From contig DYEO01000024.1 in NCBI GenBank assembly GCA_020725665.1, positions 17,408 through 81,407 of the forward strand: a stretch of 64,000 bases of DNA, written 5' to 3'. Made by a program: the position numbers and the translations under genes. The DNA comes from Dethiobacter sp. (GTDB taxonomy: Bacteria; Bacillota; Dethiobacteria; DTU022; UBA8154). The notes under the pieces were generated by a model, which searched no databases, was not told the origin of the DNA, and saw only the letters and a list, made by a program, of their open reading frames with translations. Within the stretch, counting starts at the first letter, position 1, and each line of letters opens with the position of its first letter. This document shows, one piece after another, positions 9,400 to 18,213 of this stretch.

Positions 9400-9773
9400 A
9401 TGAGAGAAACCGAACTGAAAATAATGTTCCCTACGGAGAAGCTGGATGCACTCCGTTTTTTATGGGCAAAAAGGAGCTAGCTGTTGAGCAGGAGCTTAAA
9501 GGTTACCTTGATAAAACCTATGAAAAAGTTGTTCCGGCACACGTCCGAGAATATGTGGAAAGCAGACTTGACCAAGTATCGCCGCAGGAGGAAAAGCTTG
9601 AACAGAGAGCTCAGGAGCAGCAGCCGGAGCCACAAAGGGAACGCCAGTCAAGACAAACCCGCCGCCAGCGTGAGCAGGCGGTGGCTGAATCAACGGCGTC
9701 ATCTCCGCAGGCCAGACAGCCGGAGCTGCCGGAAGAACCGGAAGAATCCCAGGGCATAAGCATGAACATGTAA
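9400..9773 (+). CDS. Small conserved conjugative-element protein, apparently frameshifted at a T6 tract (paralog of 11095..11349)
   Basis: ATG 9400 with a strong RBS AGGAGGAAAAG. The frame from 9400 gives MRETELKIMFPTEKLDALRF, then a -1 shift in TTTTTT (9456-9461) joins to FMGKKELAVEQ...YEKVVPAHVREYVESR (ORF 9462..9773). The fused sequence aligns along its length with the intact paralog MRKATIQIQYDAEKLRAIRQYMGK...YEKHVPAPVREYIESR. Confidence 0.5.
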
Positions 9774-9805
9774 AATCAAAAAAGAAAAAGGTGGTGCTAA
9801 TTTCA

Positions 9806-10687
9806 ATGATCAAGGTTGGTGTGGACAACGGAAACTACAACACCAAATCCTCGGAGGGGATGCTCTATGCCTCCGGATACACTGCAAGCGACAAGGAATT
9901 CATCACGCCGGACATGCAGCTCTTCTACGAGGGCAGGTATTACGCCGTCGGCGAGCGCCGCATGCGGTTCCAGCAGGACAAGACCAGAGAGCCGGATACC
10001 TTTATCCTGACGCTGCCGGCTATCGCTGACGCAATGAAGCGCGCAGGAACCATAAGCGCGGAAATCGCCCTTGGCGTGGGTCTGCCCATTGGCAGCTACG
10101 GGGTGCAGAAGGAGGTGTTCCAGCGATATTTCCTACGTGACAATGTTTCGTTCCTGTTCGAGGGAACATCCTACCGCTGCCGCATCGCCGAGTGCAAGGT
10201 GTTCGCGCAGGGTCATGCGGCGCTGTGCCGGTATTATCCGCGGCTGAAGGATTACCGCAGCATCACGATGGTGGATATCGGCGGGTATACGGTGGATGTA
10301 CTTACACTCCATGACTTCCGGCTGGACAGGTCGAGCTGCGCTAGCCTGCGCATGGGGACCATTACCCTCTACAGCCGGATTCAGGATACGCTCCAGCGTA
10401 ATGACATCCTCCTGTCGGACGAGCTCATCACCGACGCGATCCGCGGGGATATCCAGCACGCCGACAGCAAATTGATCCATGCTGTGGTGGAGCAGGCTGT
10501 GGCGGCTTACTGCAAAGAGTTGCTCAATGCGCTCAGGGAGCGCGGACTTGACCTGAGGCTCCCCACGGTGTTCGCGGGCGGCGGCGCGGAACTGCTGGAA
10601 CCAATGCTGCACAGGAGCGATCTCAATACTGTGGCGGTGTTGAACCGGTTTGCCAATGCGGACGGCTACAAGCTCCTGATGGGGTGA
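9806..10687 (+). CDS. ParM/StbA-like actin-family ATPase (partition or segregation protein)
   Basis: N-terminal IKVGVDNGNYNTKS phosphate-1 motif, DIGGYTVD phosphate-2-like motif, and ParM/StbA-like length. RBS GGTGGTG lies upstream of ATG 9806 (the ORF track begins at GTG 9791). Confidence 0.6.
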   Translation: MIKVGVDNGNYNTKSSEGMLYASGYTASDKEFITPDMQLFYEGRYYAVGERRMRFQQDKTREPDTFILTLPAIADAMKRAGTISAEIALGVGLPIGSYGVQKEVFQRYFLRDNVSFLFEGTSYRCRIAECKVFAQGHAALCRYYPRLKDYRSITMVDIGGYTVDVLTLHDFRLDRSSCASLRMGTITLYSRIQDTLQRNDILLSDELITDAIRGDIQHADSKLIHAVVEQAVAAYCKELLNALRERGLDLRLPTVFAGGGAELLEPMLHRSDLNTVAVLNRFANADGYKLLMG

Positions 10688-10691
10688 GCTT

Positions 10692-10985
10692 ATGTCCGGG
10701 CGAAAACGATACTATCTATCCTTTGATATGGACAACCCAAGGCACCGGGAGGCCGAGACGCTGCTTGCGCTGCAGGCCAGCAGGCGGCGCACCGAGTATG
10801 TGGTCACCAGCATCCTGGCGGCGCATCAGACGGAAAGCATGGAGCAGGTTGTCCGGCAAGCGGTCAGGGACGAACTGCGAAATGCTGCGCTGCAGCTTCA
10901 AGCTACACTGCCGGGAGAAACGGGCACCGATGTTCAGCTGTCCGATCTCCCCGACAGCCTTATCCATGCGCTGGAGGAACTGTGA
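10692..10985 (+). CDS. Hypothetical protein, possible ParR-like adaptor of the ParM-like ATPase
   Basis: Small basic protein immediately downstream of and overlapping the ParM-like gene. The assignment is by position only. Confidence 0.3.
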   Translation: MSGRKRYYLSFDMDNPRHREAETLLALQASRRRTEYVVTSILAAHQTESMEQVVRQAVRDELRNAALQLQATLPGETGTDVQLSDLPDSLIHALEEL

Positions 10986-11094
10986 CCATGTTGGCTCGTT
11001 TTCCTGCCGCCGTTATAACGGCAGGCCAGGAAAGTACACCAACATGGCTTACTTTTTCCTGCCATACAATAATTTATAAAGGAGTGAACCCACT

Positions 11095-11349
11095 ATGAGA
11101 AAGGCAACGATCCAAATCCAATACGATGCCGAGAAGCTTCGCGCCATCCGCCAGTACATGGGCAAAATTGACGCCGCCCTTGACAATGAACTGGAAGATG
11201 TGATGCAAAAGCTCTACGAAAAGCATGTCCCAGCGCCTGTCCGTGAGTACATTGAAAGCCGGGATTCCAGGGTGCAGGAAAAGCCGAAAAGACCGTTCCG
11301 GCCTTCCTCTACGGCTGCTGCCAATAATGATGCCAACACTACCGTGTAA
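11095..11349 (+). CDS. Small conserved conjugative-element protein (intact paralog of 9400..9773)
   Basis: Shares MR..T...I.Y..EKL.A.R.YMGK ... YEK.VPA.VREY.ESR with the 9400 gene. RBS AAGGAG precedes the start. Confidence 0.5.
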   Translation: MRKATIQIQYDAEKLRAIRQYMGKIDAALDNELEDVMQKLYEKHVPAPVREYIESRDSRVQEKPKRPFRPSSTAAANNDANTTV

Positions 11350-11399
11350 ATAGGATACAAAAAGCCGCATATTTGGCGGCTGTGTGCCCTTGTGCAGCC

Positions 11400-11730
11400 T
11401 TTTCAGGGGGAGGGTGGCGTCTATTATATACCTGTCGGCAGTTTTCCGCCCCTTTTTGGGGCTTGTTGAGAGCATAAAGAAGAACGGCAACAGGCATGGC
11501 TTTATTATCCTTTGTAGGGGTGAACCATGGGGTCGAAAACGGTGCAGGTTAAAGAGGGGTGGTCGCAAGCGACCTCCCCTCGAATCACATCAGCCCGCAA
11601 TGCGGGCTGAAAGACTTTGAAGCAGGTGCACCTGAGCAGGACTGTGGTTACCTCGCAGGTGGTCGGAACTCCGGGTTTTTCCCGTATGCAAAGGCTTTTA
11701 CAGGTACACCTCACAGGTGGTTGCCGAATA
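11400..11730 (+). promoter_or_regulatory. Candidate oriT or relaxosome assembly region (structured, non-coding)
   Basis: Perfect palindrome CAGGTGCACCTG (about 11623-11634), hairpins GGGGTGGTCGCAAGCGACCTCCCC and CAGCCCGCAATGCGGGCTG, and direct repeats ACCTCGCAGGTGGT / ACCTCACAGGTGGT. It sits directly upstream of the MobC-like and relaxase genes. Confidence 0.4.
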
Positions 11731-11770
11731 TGTAAATAGAATCCAGACAAGGAACGGAGGTGGATTGAGA

Positions 11771-12178
11771 GTGGCAGAGGAGAATAAAAAGAGAATTCCC
11801 CTGTGGCTGTATCCTGAAACCATAAAAAAGACAGACGAGCTTTTCCCGAAGGATAACTGCAAAAGCCGGAGCGAGTATATAGAAAAGGCCATTCACTTTT
11901 ACAGCGGATATATCACATCCGGTGAAAACAACAAATATCTTCCCAGTGCAATCACTTCCACCCTTTCCGGCATCGTTGAAAGCTCCGAAAACCGTATTGC
12001 ACGGCTGCTTTTCAAGCTGGCGGTGGAGATGTCCATGATGATGAATGTTCTTGCGTCTACCGTTGAGATCGATGAGACCCTGCTGCAAAAGCTCCGGGGA
12101 AAATGTATTAACGATGTAAAAAAGACCATCGGCTCCGTTACCTTTGAGGAAACAGTGAAATATCAAAAGGGTAAGTAA
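11771..12178 (+). CDS. MobC-like ribbon-helix-helix relaxosome accessory protein
   Basis: N-terminal KKRIPLWLYPETIKKTDEL is RHH-like. It is immediately upstream of the relaxase. Start uncertain: GTG 11771 with RBS GGAGGTGG, or ATG 11717 as in the ORF track. Confidence 0.45.
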   Translation: MAEENKKRIPLWLYPETIKKTDELFPKDNCKSRSEYIEKAIHFYSGYITSGENNKYLPSAITSTLSGIVESSENRIARLLFKLAVEMSMMMNVLASTVEIDETLLQKLRGKCINDVKKTIGSVTFEETVKYQKGK

Positions 12179-12189
12179 GGTGATATGCT

Positions 12190-13965
12190 ATGCCCAGGAT
12201 CATATTCAAATGCCGGTACTTGAAAAATGCACCCAAAGCACACCTGGTAAATCTGGTAGAATATGTTGCTACTCGTGAAGGTGTTGAAAAAATTGATGAC
12301 AGTTCCAGAACTCTTCCTGCGACAAAAAAACAGCAGCAGCTGATTTCTGAAATCCTGAAAATACTGCCGGATACTGCTGACCTATTCGAGTACGAGGACT
12401 ATCTGAAAAATCCGACAAGCGAAAATGCATCGGAGTTTATTTCTATTGCTCTTGAAAACAATCTCGATCTGATCGGCAAAAAGAAAAACTTTGTAGACTA
12501 CATCGCCAATCGTCCGAGAGTTGAAAAGTTCGGCAGCCACGGACTCTTTACGGATGAAGGTGTACCTGTTGTACTATCAAAAGTTGCTGATGAAGTATCA
12601 AACCATTCCGGAAATGTGTGGACAAATATTGTATCCCTCAGGCGCGAAGATGCGTCAAGGCTGGGATATGACAATGCAAAGTCGTGGCAGGATTTGATCC
12701 GGGCACAGCGGAACGTTATCGCGGAAAACATGAAAATCGCTCCGGAAAATTTGCGATGGTATGCTGCTTTTCACAATGAGAGCCATCACCCGCATATCCA
12801 CCTGATTGCTTACTCCATCAATCCCAAAGAAGCCTATGTCACAAAGCAAGGGATAGAAAACATGCGGGGAAGTCTTGCGCGGGAAATCTTCCGCCAGGAC
12901 TTGATGCAGATTTATGAAAAGCAGACGGAACGACGCAATTCCCTGAATAGACAGAGTCGTGAGGCCATGCAGGACATCATTGCTCAAATTCGTTCAGGGA
13001 TATGTGAAAATAAAAATATAGAAGAATTGATTGCCCGCCTTGCTGAAAAGCTCAAGCATACTTCCGGCAAGAAACAATACGGTTATTTAAAAGCTTCCCT
13101 CAAGGTGCTCGTTAATCAGATTGTTGATGAGCTTGCAAAGGATGAAAGAGTGGCAAAATTATACGATAGTTGGTACGAAATGCGCAATGAAGTTTTAAGT
13201 ACGTATGCTGACAAGCTGCCGCCGCCTCTTCCATTGTCGCAGCAAAAAGAATTCAAAAGCATTAAAAATATGGTGATTGCTGAAGCGTTAAATATCGGCA
13301 GTCACCATTTCACTTTTGGGCCGGACGAGGAACAGGATATATCAATAAAAGGTGACATTGATATTGCTGCTGGTATCACATGTTTTGAAGAATCTGCAAA
13401 GCTCGGAAATGTCAACGCACAGTATATGCTCGGCAGGATTTATCTTGAATCGGACAGCGAGCATGAAAATGTAGAAAAGGCATTGCAGTGGCTGGGGAAA
13501 GCTGCGGACAACGGGAATGCTCTCGCACAGTATGCAATGGGGAAGCTGTACCTTACAGGAAACCATCTAGAGAAAGATGCCGTAAAGGCTGTGGAACTGT
13601 TCACCAAATCTGCAGTACAAGGCAATCAGCATGCGCAATATGCCCTCGGCAAACTGCATCTTTTGGGGCATGATGTCAGGCAGGATAAGGAAACAGCGGT
13701 GCATTGGCTGTCGGCAGCTGAAGCACAGGGAAATATCTATGCAAAGTATTTGTTGGAACGCATGGATTCCTTCAAAGACCCATCAATACTCCTTGCAGCA
13801 ACACGCTTGATGCATCACTTGGGCAACATCTTCAGAGAGAAGTATCAGAAAGCTTTTGGCAATCCTCTCATCCAGGTTGACCGCAAGCTCCACAAAAAAC
13901 TCATGGAGAAAAAACTGGCGCAAGGTCACGCATATAACGACCATGCGCCGCATCAAAGCTATTAG
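12190..13965 (+). CDS. MOBP-family relaxase/mobilization nuclease with C-terminal Sel1-like repeats
   Basis: Histidine triad HNESHHPHIHL typical of MOBP relaxases. The C-terminal 200 aa contain repeated AQY.LG.LY..G motifs (Sel1/TPR-like). Confidence 0.8.
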   Translation: MPRIIFKCRYLKNAPKAHLVNLVEYVATREGVEKIDDSSRTLPATKKQQQLISEILKILPDTADLFEYEDYLKNPTSENASEFISIALENNLDLIGKKKNFVDYIANRPRVEKFGSHGLFTDEGVPVVLSKVADEVSNHSGNVWTNIVSLRREDASRLGYDNAKSWQDLIRAQRNVIAENMKIAPENLRWYAAFHNESHHPHIHLIAYSINPKEAYVTKQGIENMRGSLAREIFRQDLMQIYEKQTERRNSLNRQSREAMQDIIAQIRSGICENKNIEELIARLAEKLKHTSGKKQYGYLKASLKVLVNQIVDELAKDERVAKLYDSWYEMRNEVLSTYADKLPPPLPLSQQKEFKSIKNMVIAEALNIGSHHFTFGPDEEQDISIKGDIDIAAGITCFEESAKLGNVNAQYMLGRIYLESDSEHENVEKALQWLGKAADNGNALAQYAMGKLYLTGNHLEKDAVKAVELFTKSAVQGNQHAQYALGKLHLLGHDVRQDKETAVHWLSAAEAQGNIYAKYLLERMDSFKDPSILLAATRLMHHLGNIFREKYQKAFGNPLIQVDRKLHKKLMEKKLAQGHAYNDHAPHQSY

Positions 13966-14040
13966 GAGGAATTCGCATGAAGAAGAACTACCTGCAGAAA
14001 AAAGAAAAGCTTCCCGTCCTGTATATATTCTCAAGACTGA

Positions 14041-14071
14041 AGCCACCTGTGAAAAGGGTGGCTTATTTTCG
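14041..14071 (+). terminator. Rho-independent terminator after relaxase
   Basis: AAGCCACC-tgtgaaaa-GGGTGGCTT hairpin followed by ATTTT. Confidence 0.4.
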
Positions 14072-14111
14072 CAGGTCGGGCAAGCGGAAACGCTGACAAA
14101 GGAGGATAACT

Positions 14112-15593
14112 ATGGCAGGGTACGTACATTTTACCGATGAGCAGAAACAGCGCGCAAACTCCGTTGACCTTGCGGACTTTCTCAGACGGCAGGGGGAGCA
14201 GTTCATACGCTCCGGCAGGGAGTGGCGGTGGAAGCGTCATGATAGTGTGACAATCCGGGGCAACCGGTGGTTCCGCCACAGCGCCGGGCAAGGTGGTCTG
14301 GCCATTGATTTTGTGCAGGAATTTTATGGTCTCTCATTCCCTGATGCAGTGACATTGCTGCTGGGCGGCGAACAGGGTACGGCGTTTAAGCAAAGTGATA
14401 AAAAGATACCGGAAGCAGAACGAAAAGAATTCATACAGCCGGAGGCCGCAGATAATATGCGCCGGGTATATGCCTACCTTTTGAAGCAGAGATATATTGA
14501 CCGGGATGTCCTCACCCACTTTGTCAGAGAGAAAAAAATATATGAGGACAAGGAATATCACAATGTTGTTTTTGTAGGCTATGATGAAAACGGTACTGCC
14601 CGGCATGCACATAAAAGGGGAACCTATTCCAACGCTGCTGGTTACCGTGGCAATGTGGAAGGCTCCGATCCAAAATACAGTTTCAATTACATTGGTACAA
14701 GCAGTATTCTGTATGTATTTGAAGCTCCCATCGATATGCTGTCATTTATCACCTTGCATAAGAACGGTTGGCAGCAGCATAGTTATGTAGCGCTGGACGG
14801 TGTGGCTGAACATGCCATGCTTCATGTGCTGTCAAAAAATATGCATATTAAAAATGTGGTATTGTGCCTCGACCATGATCCTGCCGGTATAGAAGCTTCC
14901 GGGCGACTTACAGACATATTGCATGAAAAAGGATACGCCTGCATTTCATATTTACAGCCCGCATGCAAGGATTGGAATGAGGACTTGAAAGCGCAGCATG
15001 GCATAACACCGATTCCGGCAAAACCGCATCCGAAGCTTGAAGCCTGCAAAGAGCTGTGCGGAAAGATTCATTACTTGTGTAGCCATATCAAATCCGTGAA
15101 AAATCCCCATGAAATGCTGATGGAGCACTATGAAAAAGCAGTGCCCCTCATGCAGTCATCCAGGTCAGCCGATAGACAAAAAGCTGTCCTGATGGAACAG
15201 TTGCTAAGCATGGCGGTATATGCGTTATTTGCAGTGATGGCGCAATACCGGCAGCTTGAAAAACCAATGAATTTTAAACAACTGACCGATGAACTCTGTC
15301 ACAGCTATCACCCGCAGCAGGACCGGGGAAAGCTGAAAACCAAAGCAGAGGATATCCAGCAGGATGTCAATGCCATTAATGCTCAGCTCAAAACATCTGG
15401 AATCCGTACCCTTGAGGATAAGCAAAAATTAATCGCATCGTATATGAGTCTTGCACTAAACTGTGTCAAGGTTCAAATTTTTATATGTCTTGAAGAGCAG
15501 GAACAGAGAATAGAAGCTCTGCAAAAGCAGAATGAAGAGAGAGTCGATTATATGCAGGCTGTTTGCGAAGAATTTTTGCAGCCTGGTATTTAG
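14112..15593 (+). CDS. DUF3991/Toprim-domain protein (primase-like, conjugative element)
   Basis: The N-terminal region resembles DUF3991 and the central region is TOPRIM-like with acidic residues. Such proteins are commonly found between relaxase and coupling-protein genes in Firmicute ICEs. Assignment is from memory of family character; no diagnostic motif was verified. Confidence 0.4.
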   Translation: MAGYVHFTDEQKQRANSVDLADFLRRQGEQFIRSGREWRWKRHDSVTIRGNRWFRHSAGQGGLAIDFVQEFYGLSFPDAVTLLLGGEQGTAFKQSDKKIPEAERKEFIQPEAADNMRRVYAYLLKQRYIDRDVLTHFVREKKIYEDKEYHNVVFVGYDENGTARHAHKRGTYSNAAGYRGNVEGSDPKYSFNYIGTSSILYVFEAPIDMLSFITLHKNGWQQHSYVALDGVAEHAMLHVLSKNMHIKNVVLCLDHDPAGIEASGRLTDILHEKGYACISYLQPACKDWNEDLKAQHGITPIPAKPHPKLEACKELCGKIHYLCSHIKSVKNPHEMLMEHYEKAVPLMQSSRSADRQKAVLMEQLLSMAVYALFAVMAQYRQLEKPMNFKQLTDELCHSYHPQQDRGKLKTKAEDIQQDVNAINAQLKTSGIRTLEDKQKLIASYMSLALNCVKVQIFICLEEQEQRIEALQKQNEERVDYMQAVCEEFLQPGI

Positions 15594-15685
15594 CAATATT
15601 ATAACTGCATATTTGAAGAAAGCCATGTGCGAATGAAAAACCATTGGTGCATGGCTTTCTCAATTTTGCAAGAAGGAGGAAACCA

Positions 15686-17524
15686 ATGCAAGCATCACAG
15701 GTGGTTACTTTAATCATAGCTGCTGCAACTATGTTTGGAGTCATCGGTTTTATCGTTCTCTTGGCTCATTACTATACCTTAAATGGCATCAAGGCCAGGA
15801 CTGTAGGTGACGGCCAGCATGGCACGGCAAGGTTCGCAACGAAGAATGAAATCAAGAAGACCTATGCTCATGTACTCTATGAGCCGGAACGGTGGCGCAA
15901 GGGTATCAACCTGCCCAAGGTGCAGGGTCTGGTTGTGGGATGCAAAACGGCTCCAGGATCGGTCACCGCTCTTGTAGACCAGGGGGATGTGCATGCATTG
16001 ATGATCGGTGCAGCAGGTGTCGGCAAGACCGCAAATTTCCTTTATCCCAATCTGGAATATGCTTGTGCTTCCGGGATGAGCTTTATTACCACCGACACCA
16101 AGGGCGACCTTTACAGGAATTACGGATGCATCGCCAAGGACTACTATGGCTACGATGTGTCCGTCATTGACCTGAGAAACCCCACCCGCAGCGATGGCAA
16201 CAATATGCTGCACCTTGTGAACAAATATATGGATGAATACCTTGCCAATCCCGATAATCTCTCAGCAAAAGCCAGGGCGGAGAAATATGCAAAGATCATT
16301 GCCAAAACCATCGTCAACTCCGGGGGACTGGATGCAGGTTCCTACGGCCAGAATGCATTTTTCTACGATGCAGCCGAAGGCTTGCTGACCGCTGTCATTT
16401 TATTGGTGGCGGAATACTGTCCAAACGAAAAACGCCATATCATATCGGTCTTTAAGCTCATACAGGACTTGCTGGCTCCCTCTGGCGTAAAAGGCAAAAA
16501 TCAGTTTCAACTGCTTATTGAAAAGCTTCCGTCGGAGCATAAGGCAAGATGGTTCGCAGGAGCAGCATTAAACACTGCGGAGCAGGCGATGCAAAGCGTC
16601 CTGTCGACAGCCCTTTCCCGGTTGAATGCATTCCTGGACTCAGAACTGGAGCAGATACTCTGTTTTGACACCGCCATCGATGCAGAGCGTTTTTGCAAAA
16701 GAAAGTCTGCCATCTTCCTTGTCATGCCGGAAGAAGACAATACAAAATATTTTCTAATTTCTTTAATTGTCCAGCAGCTCTACCGGGAGATACTGTCGGT
16801 AGCCGATGAGCAAGGAGGAAGGCTTCAAAACCGTGTCATGATGTACCTGGATGAGATCGGCACTATACCAAAAATTGAAAGCGCAGAGATGATGTTTTCC
16901 GCTTCCCGTTCCCGCCGCGTTTCCATCGTAGCCATCATACAGAGCTTTGCGCAGCTTGAAAAGAACTACGGCAAGGAAGGAGCCGCCATCATCATCGACA
17001 ACTGCCAGGACACCATTTTTGGAGGCTTTGCACCAAACTCGGAATCAGCAGAGATACTCTCCAGAAGCCTTGGCAATAAGACGGTTTTATCAGGTTCGGT
17101 TACCCGGGGGAAGCATGATCCGTCCCAATCCTTGCAAATGATCCAGCGTCCCCTGATGACTCCCGACGAATTGAAGACCCTGCCCAAAGGCAGCTTCATT
17201 GTCGCAAAGACCGGCGCCTGTCCTATGAAAACCAGTTTAAAGCTGTTCATTGAATGGGGTATCCGGTTTGAAAAGGTGTATGAGCTGCAGGAAAAATCCG
17301 CCCGCAAGGTTGCCTATGCTGACAAAAAAGAACTTGAAGAGGAAATCGTCAAACGGCACATATCATATGAGGATATAGAAGAACAGGAACCATACTCCAC
17401 ATCAGCTCAAGGCGGCATGTCCCTTGCACCTGCTGAAGAGATTCAGGGGAAAGCATTGAAGTCCAGACTGCAAGCAAAGATAAAAGCACAGCAGCAAATG
17501 GAGCCGCCGCTGCGTACAGATTAG
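15686..17524 (+). CDS. Type IV secretion coupling protein (VirD4/TraG/TcpA family)
   Basis: N-terminal TM helix and Walker A GAAGVGKTANFLYPN, with T4CP length. RBS AAGGAGGAAA lies upstream of ATG 15686 (the ORF track begins at TTG 15644). Confidence 0.8.
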   Translation: MQASQVVTLIIAAATMFGVIGFIVLLAHYYTLNGIKARTVGDGQHGTARFATKNEIKKTYAHVLYEPERWRKGINLPKVQGLVVGCKTAPGSVTALVDQGDVHALMIGAAGVGKTANFLYPNLEYACASGMSFITTDTKGDLYRNYGCIAKDYYGYDVSVIDLRNPTRSDGNNMLHLVNKYMDEYLANPDNLSAKARAEKYAKIIAKTIVNSGGLDAGSYGQNAFFYDAAEGLLTAVILLVAEYCPNEKRHIISVFKLIQDLLAPSGVKGKNQFQLLIEKLPSEHKARWFAGAALNTAEQAMQSVLSTALSRLNAFLDSELEQILCFDTAIDAERFCKRKSAIFLVMPEEDNTKYFLISLIVQQLYREILSVADEQGGRLQNRVMMYLDEIGTIPKIESAEMMFSASRSRRVSIVAIIQSFAQLEKNYGKEGAAIIIDNCQDTIFGGFAPNSESAEILSRSLGNKTVLSGSVTRGKHDPSQSLQMIQRPLMTPDELKTLPKGSFIVAKTGACPMKTSLKLFIEWGIRFEKVYELQEKSARKVAYADKKELEEEIVKRHISYEDIEEQEPYSTSAQGGMSLAPAEEIQGKALKSRLQAKIKAQQQMEPPLRTD

Positions 17525-17534
17525 GAGGTGCCTG

Positions 17535-17801
17535 ATGGGCTATTTTGAATCGCTTTATGCATCAGAGCTTCCCCATAGGGCTGTAGCTGTCTACATGTAC
17601 CTTCGTGACAGGGCGGACAGGGACGGCAAATGCTATCCGGCGATCGGTACCATCGCCGAAGAACTGAAGTTGTCACGGAGCACCGTAAAAAGAGCCATCG
17701 CAGACCTTGAAAAGAACGGTTATCTTCGCAAGGAGGAGCGGTGGCGTGAAAACGGGGGCAAGAGCAGCAACATGTATTTTTTGAAATCAGGGATGGGGTA
17801 A
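17535..17801 (+). CDS. Winged-HTH DNA-binding protein (replication initiator/DnaD-like small protein of ICEs)
   Basis: 88 aa with a helix-turn-helix-like segment GTIAEELKLSRSTVKRAIADLEKNGYL. Confidence 0.45.
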   Translation: MGYFESLYASELPHRAVAVYMYLRDRADRDGKCYPAIGTIAEELKLSRSTVKRAIADLEKNGYLRKEERWRENGGKSSNMYFLKSGMG

Positions 17802-17957
17802 CTCTGAAAAACTTTACTTTTACACCAAGGGGGCAGTCTGTTTATTTGGTGAACTGTGGTACGGTTCACCGTGAGCTATGCAGTGAACTGCCCACTCTAA
17901 GAAATATTCAACATCAGACAAAGAAACAAAATAGTTTTATTGATAATAGCATGAAAG

Positions 17958-18212
17958 GTGGAAGATGAGATGAATTTAGAAAAATCAAGGAATGCGGAAT
18001 ATAAAAAGTGTGCAGCTTTATTGTCTCTGCTGGTTGGATTGGATGCTGATACAGAAGAAAGGGTTTGTGGATGTTTTCAAAACATGGGAATAGATGACTT
18101 TTTTCTTCATCTTGAATCACTTGAACTTGACTTATCCCAGGAGACTTCTGAGAAGCTGAAAAGCTTAAAAGCTATTATTGAGATATTTGGTGAGGAAAGG
18201 GGGCAGGCATAA
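17958..18212 (+). CDS. Hypothetical protein
   Basis: 84 aa ORF upstream of radC with no recognised motif. Confidence 0.25.
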   Translation: MEDEMNLEKSRNAEYKKCAALLSLLVGLDADTEERVCGCFQNMGIDDFFLHLESLELDLSQETSEKLKSLKAIIEIFGEERGQA

Positions 18213-18213
18213 C

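Noticed and set aside
890-9773. Shared C-terminal tail explained as a conserved RBS or translational-coupling DNA element rather than a peptide motif
   Set aside because: Only three of the five junctions are followed by an RBS, and distances to the next gene vary from 13 to over 80 nt. The conserved positions map best onto amino-acid identities (G, M, and the hydrophobic last residue). The DNA explanation cannot be fully excluded without homolog comparison.
13977-14096. 39-aa basic peptide ORF (MKKNYLQKKEKLPVLY...) between relaxase and primase-like genes
   Set aside because: It overlaps the relaxase terminator hairpin and has no convincing RBS. It is likely non-coding.
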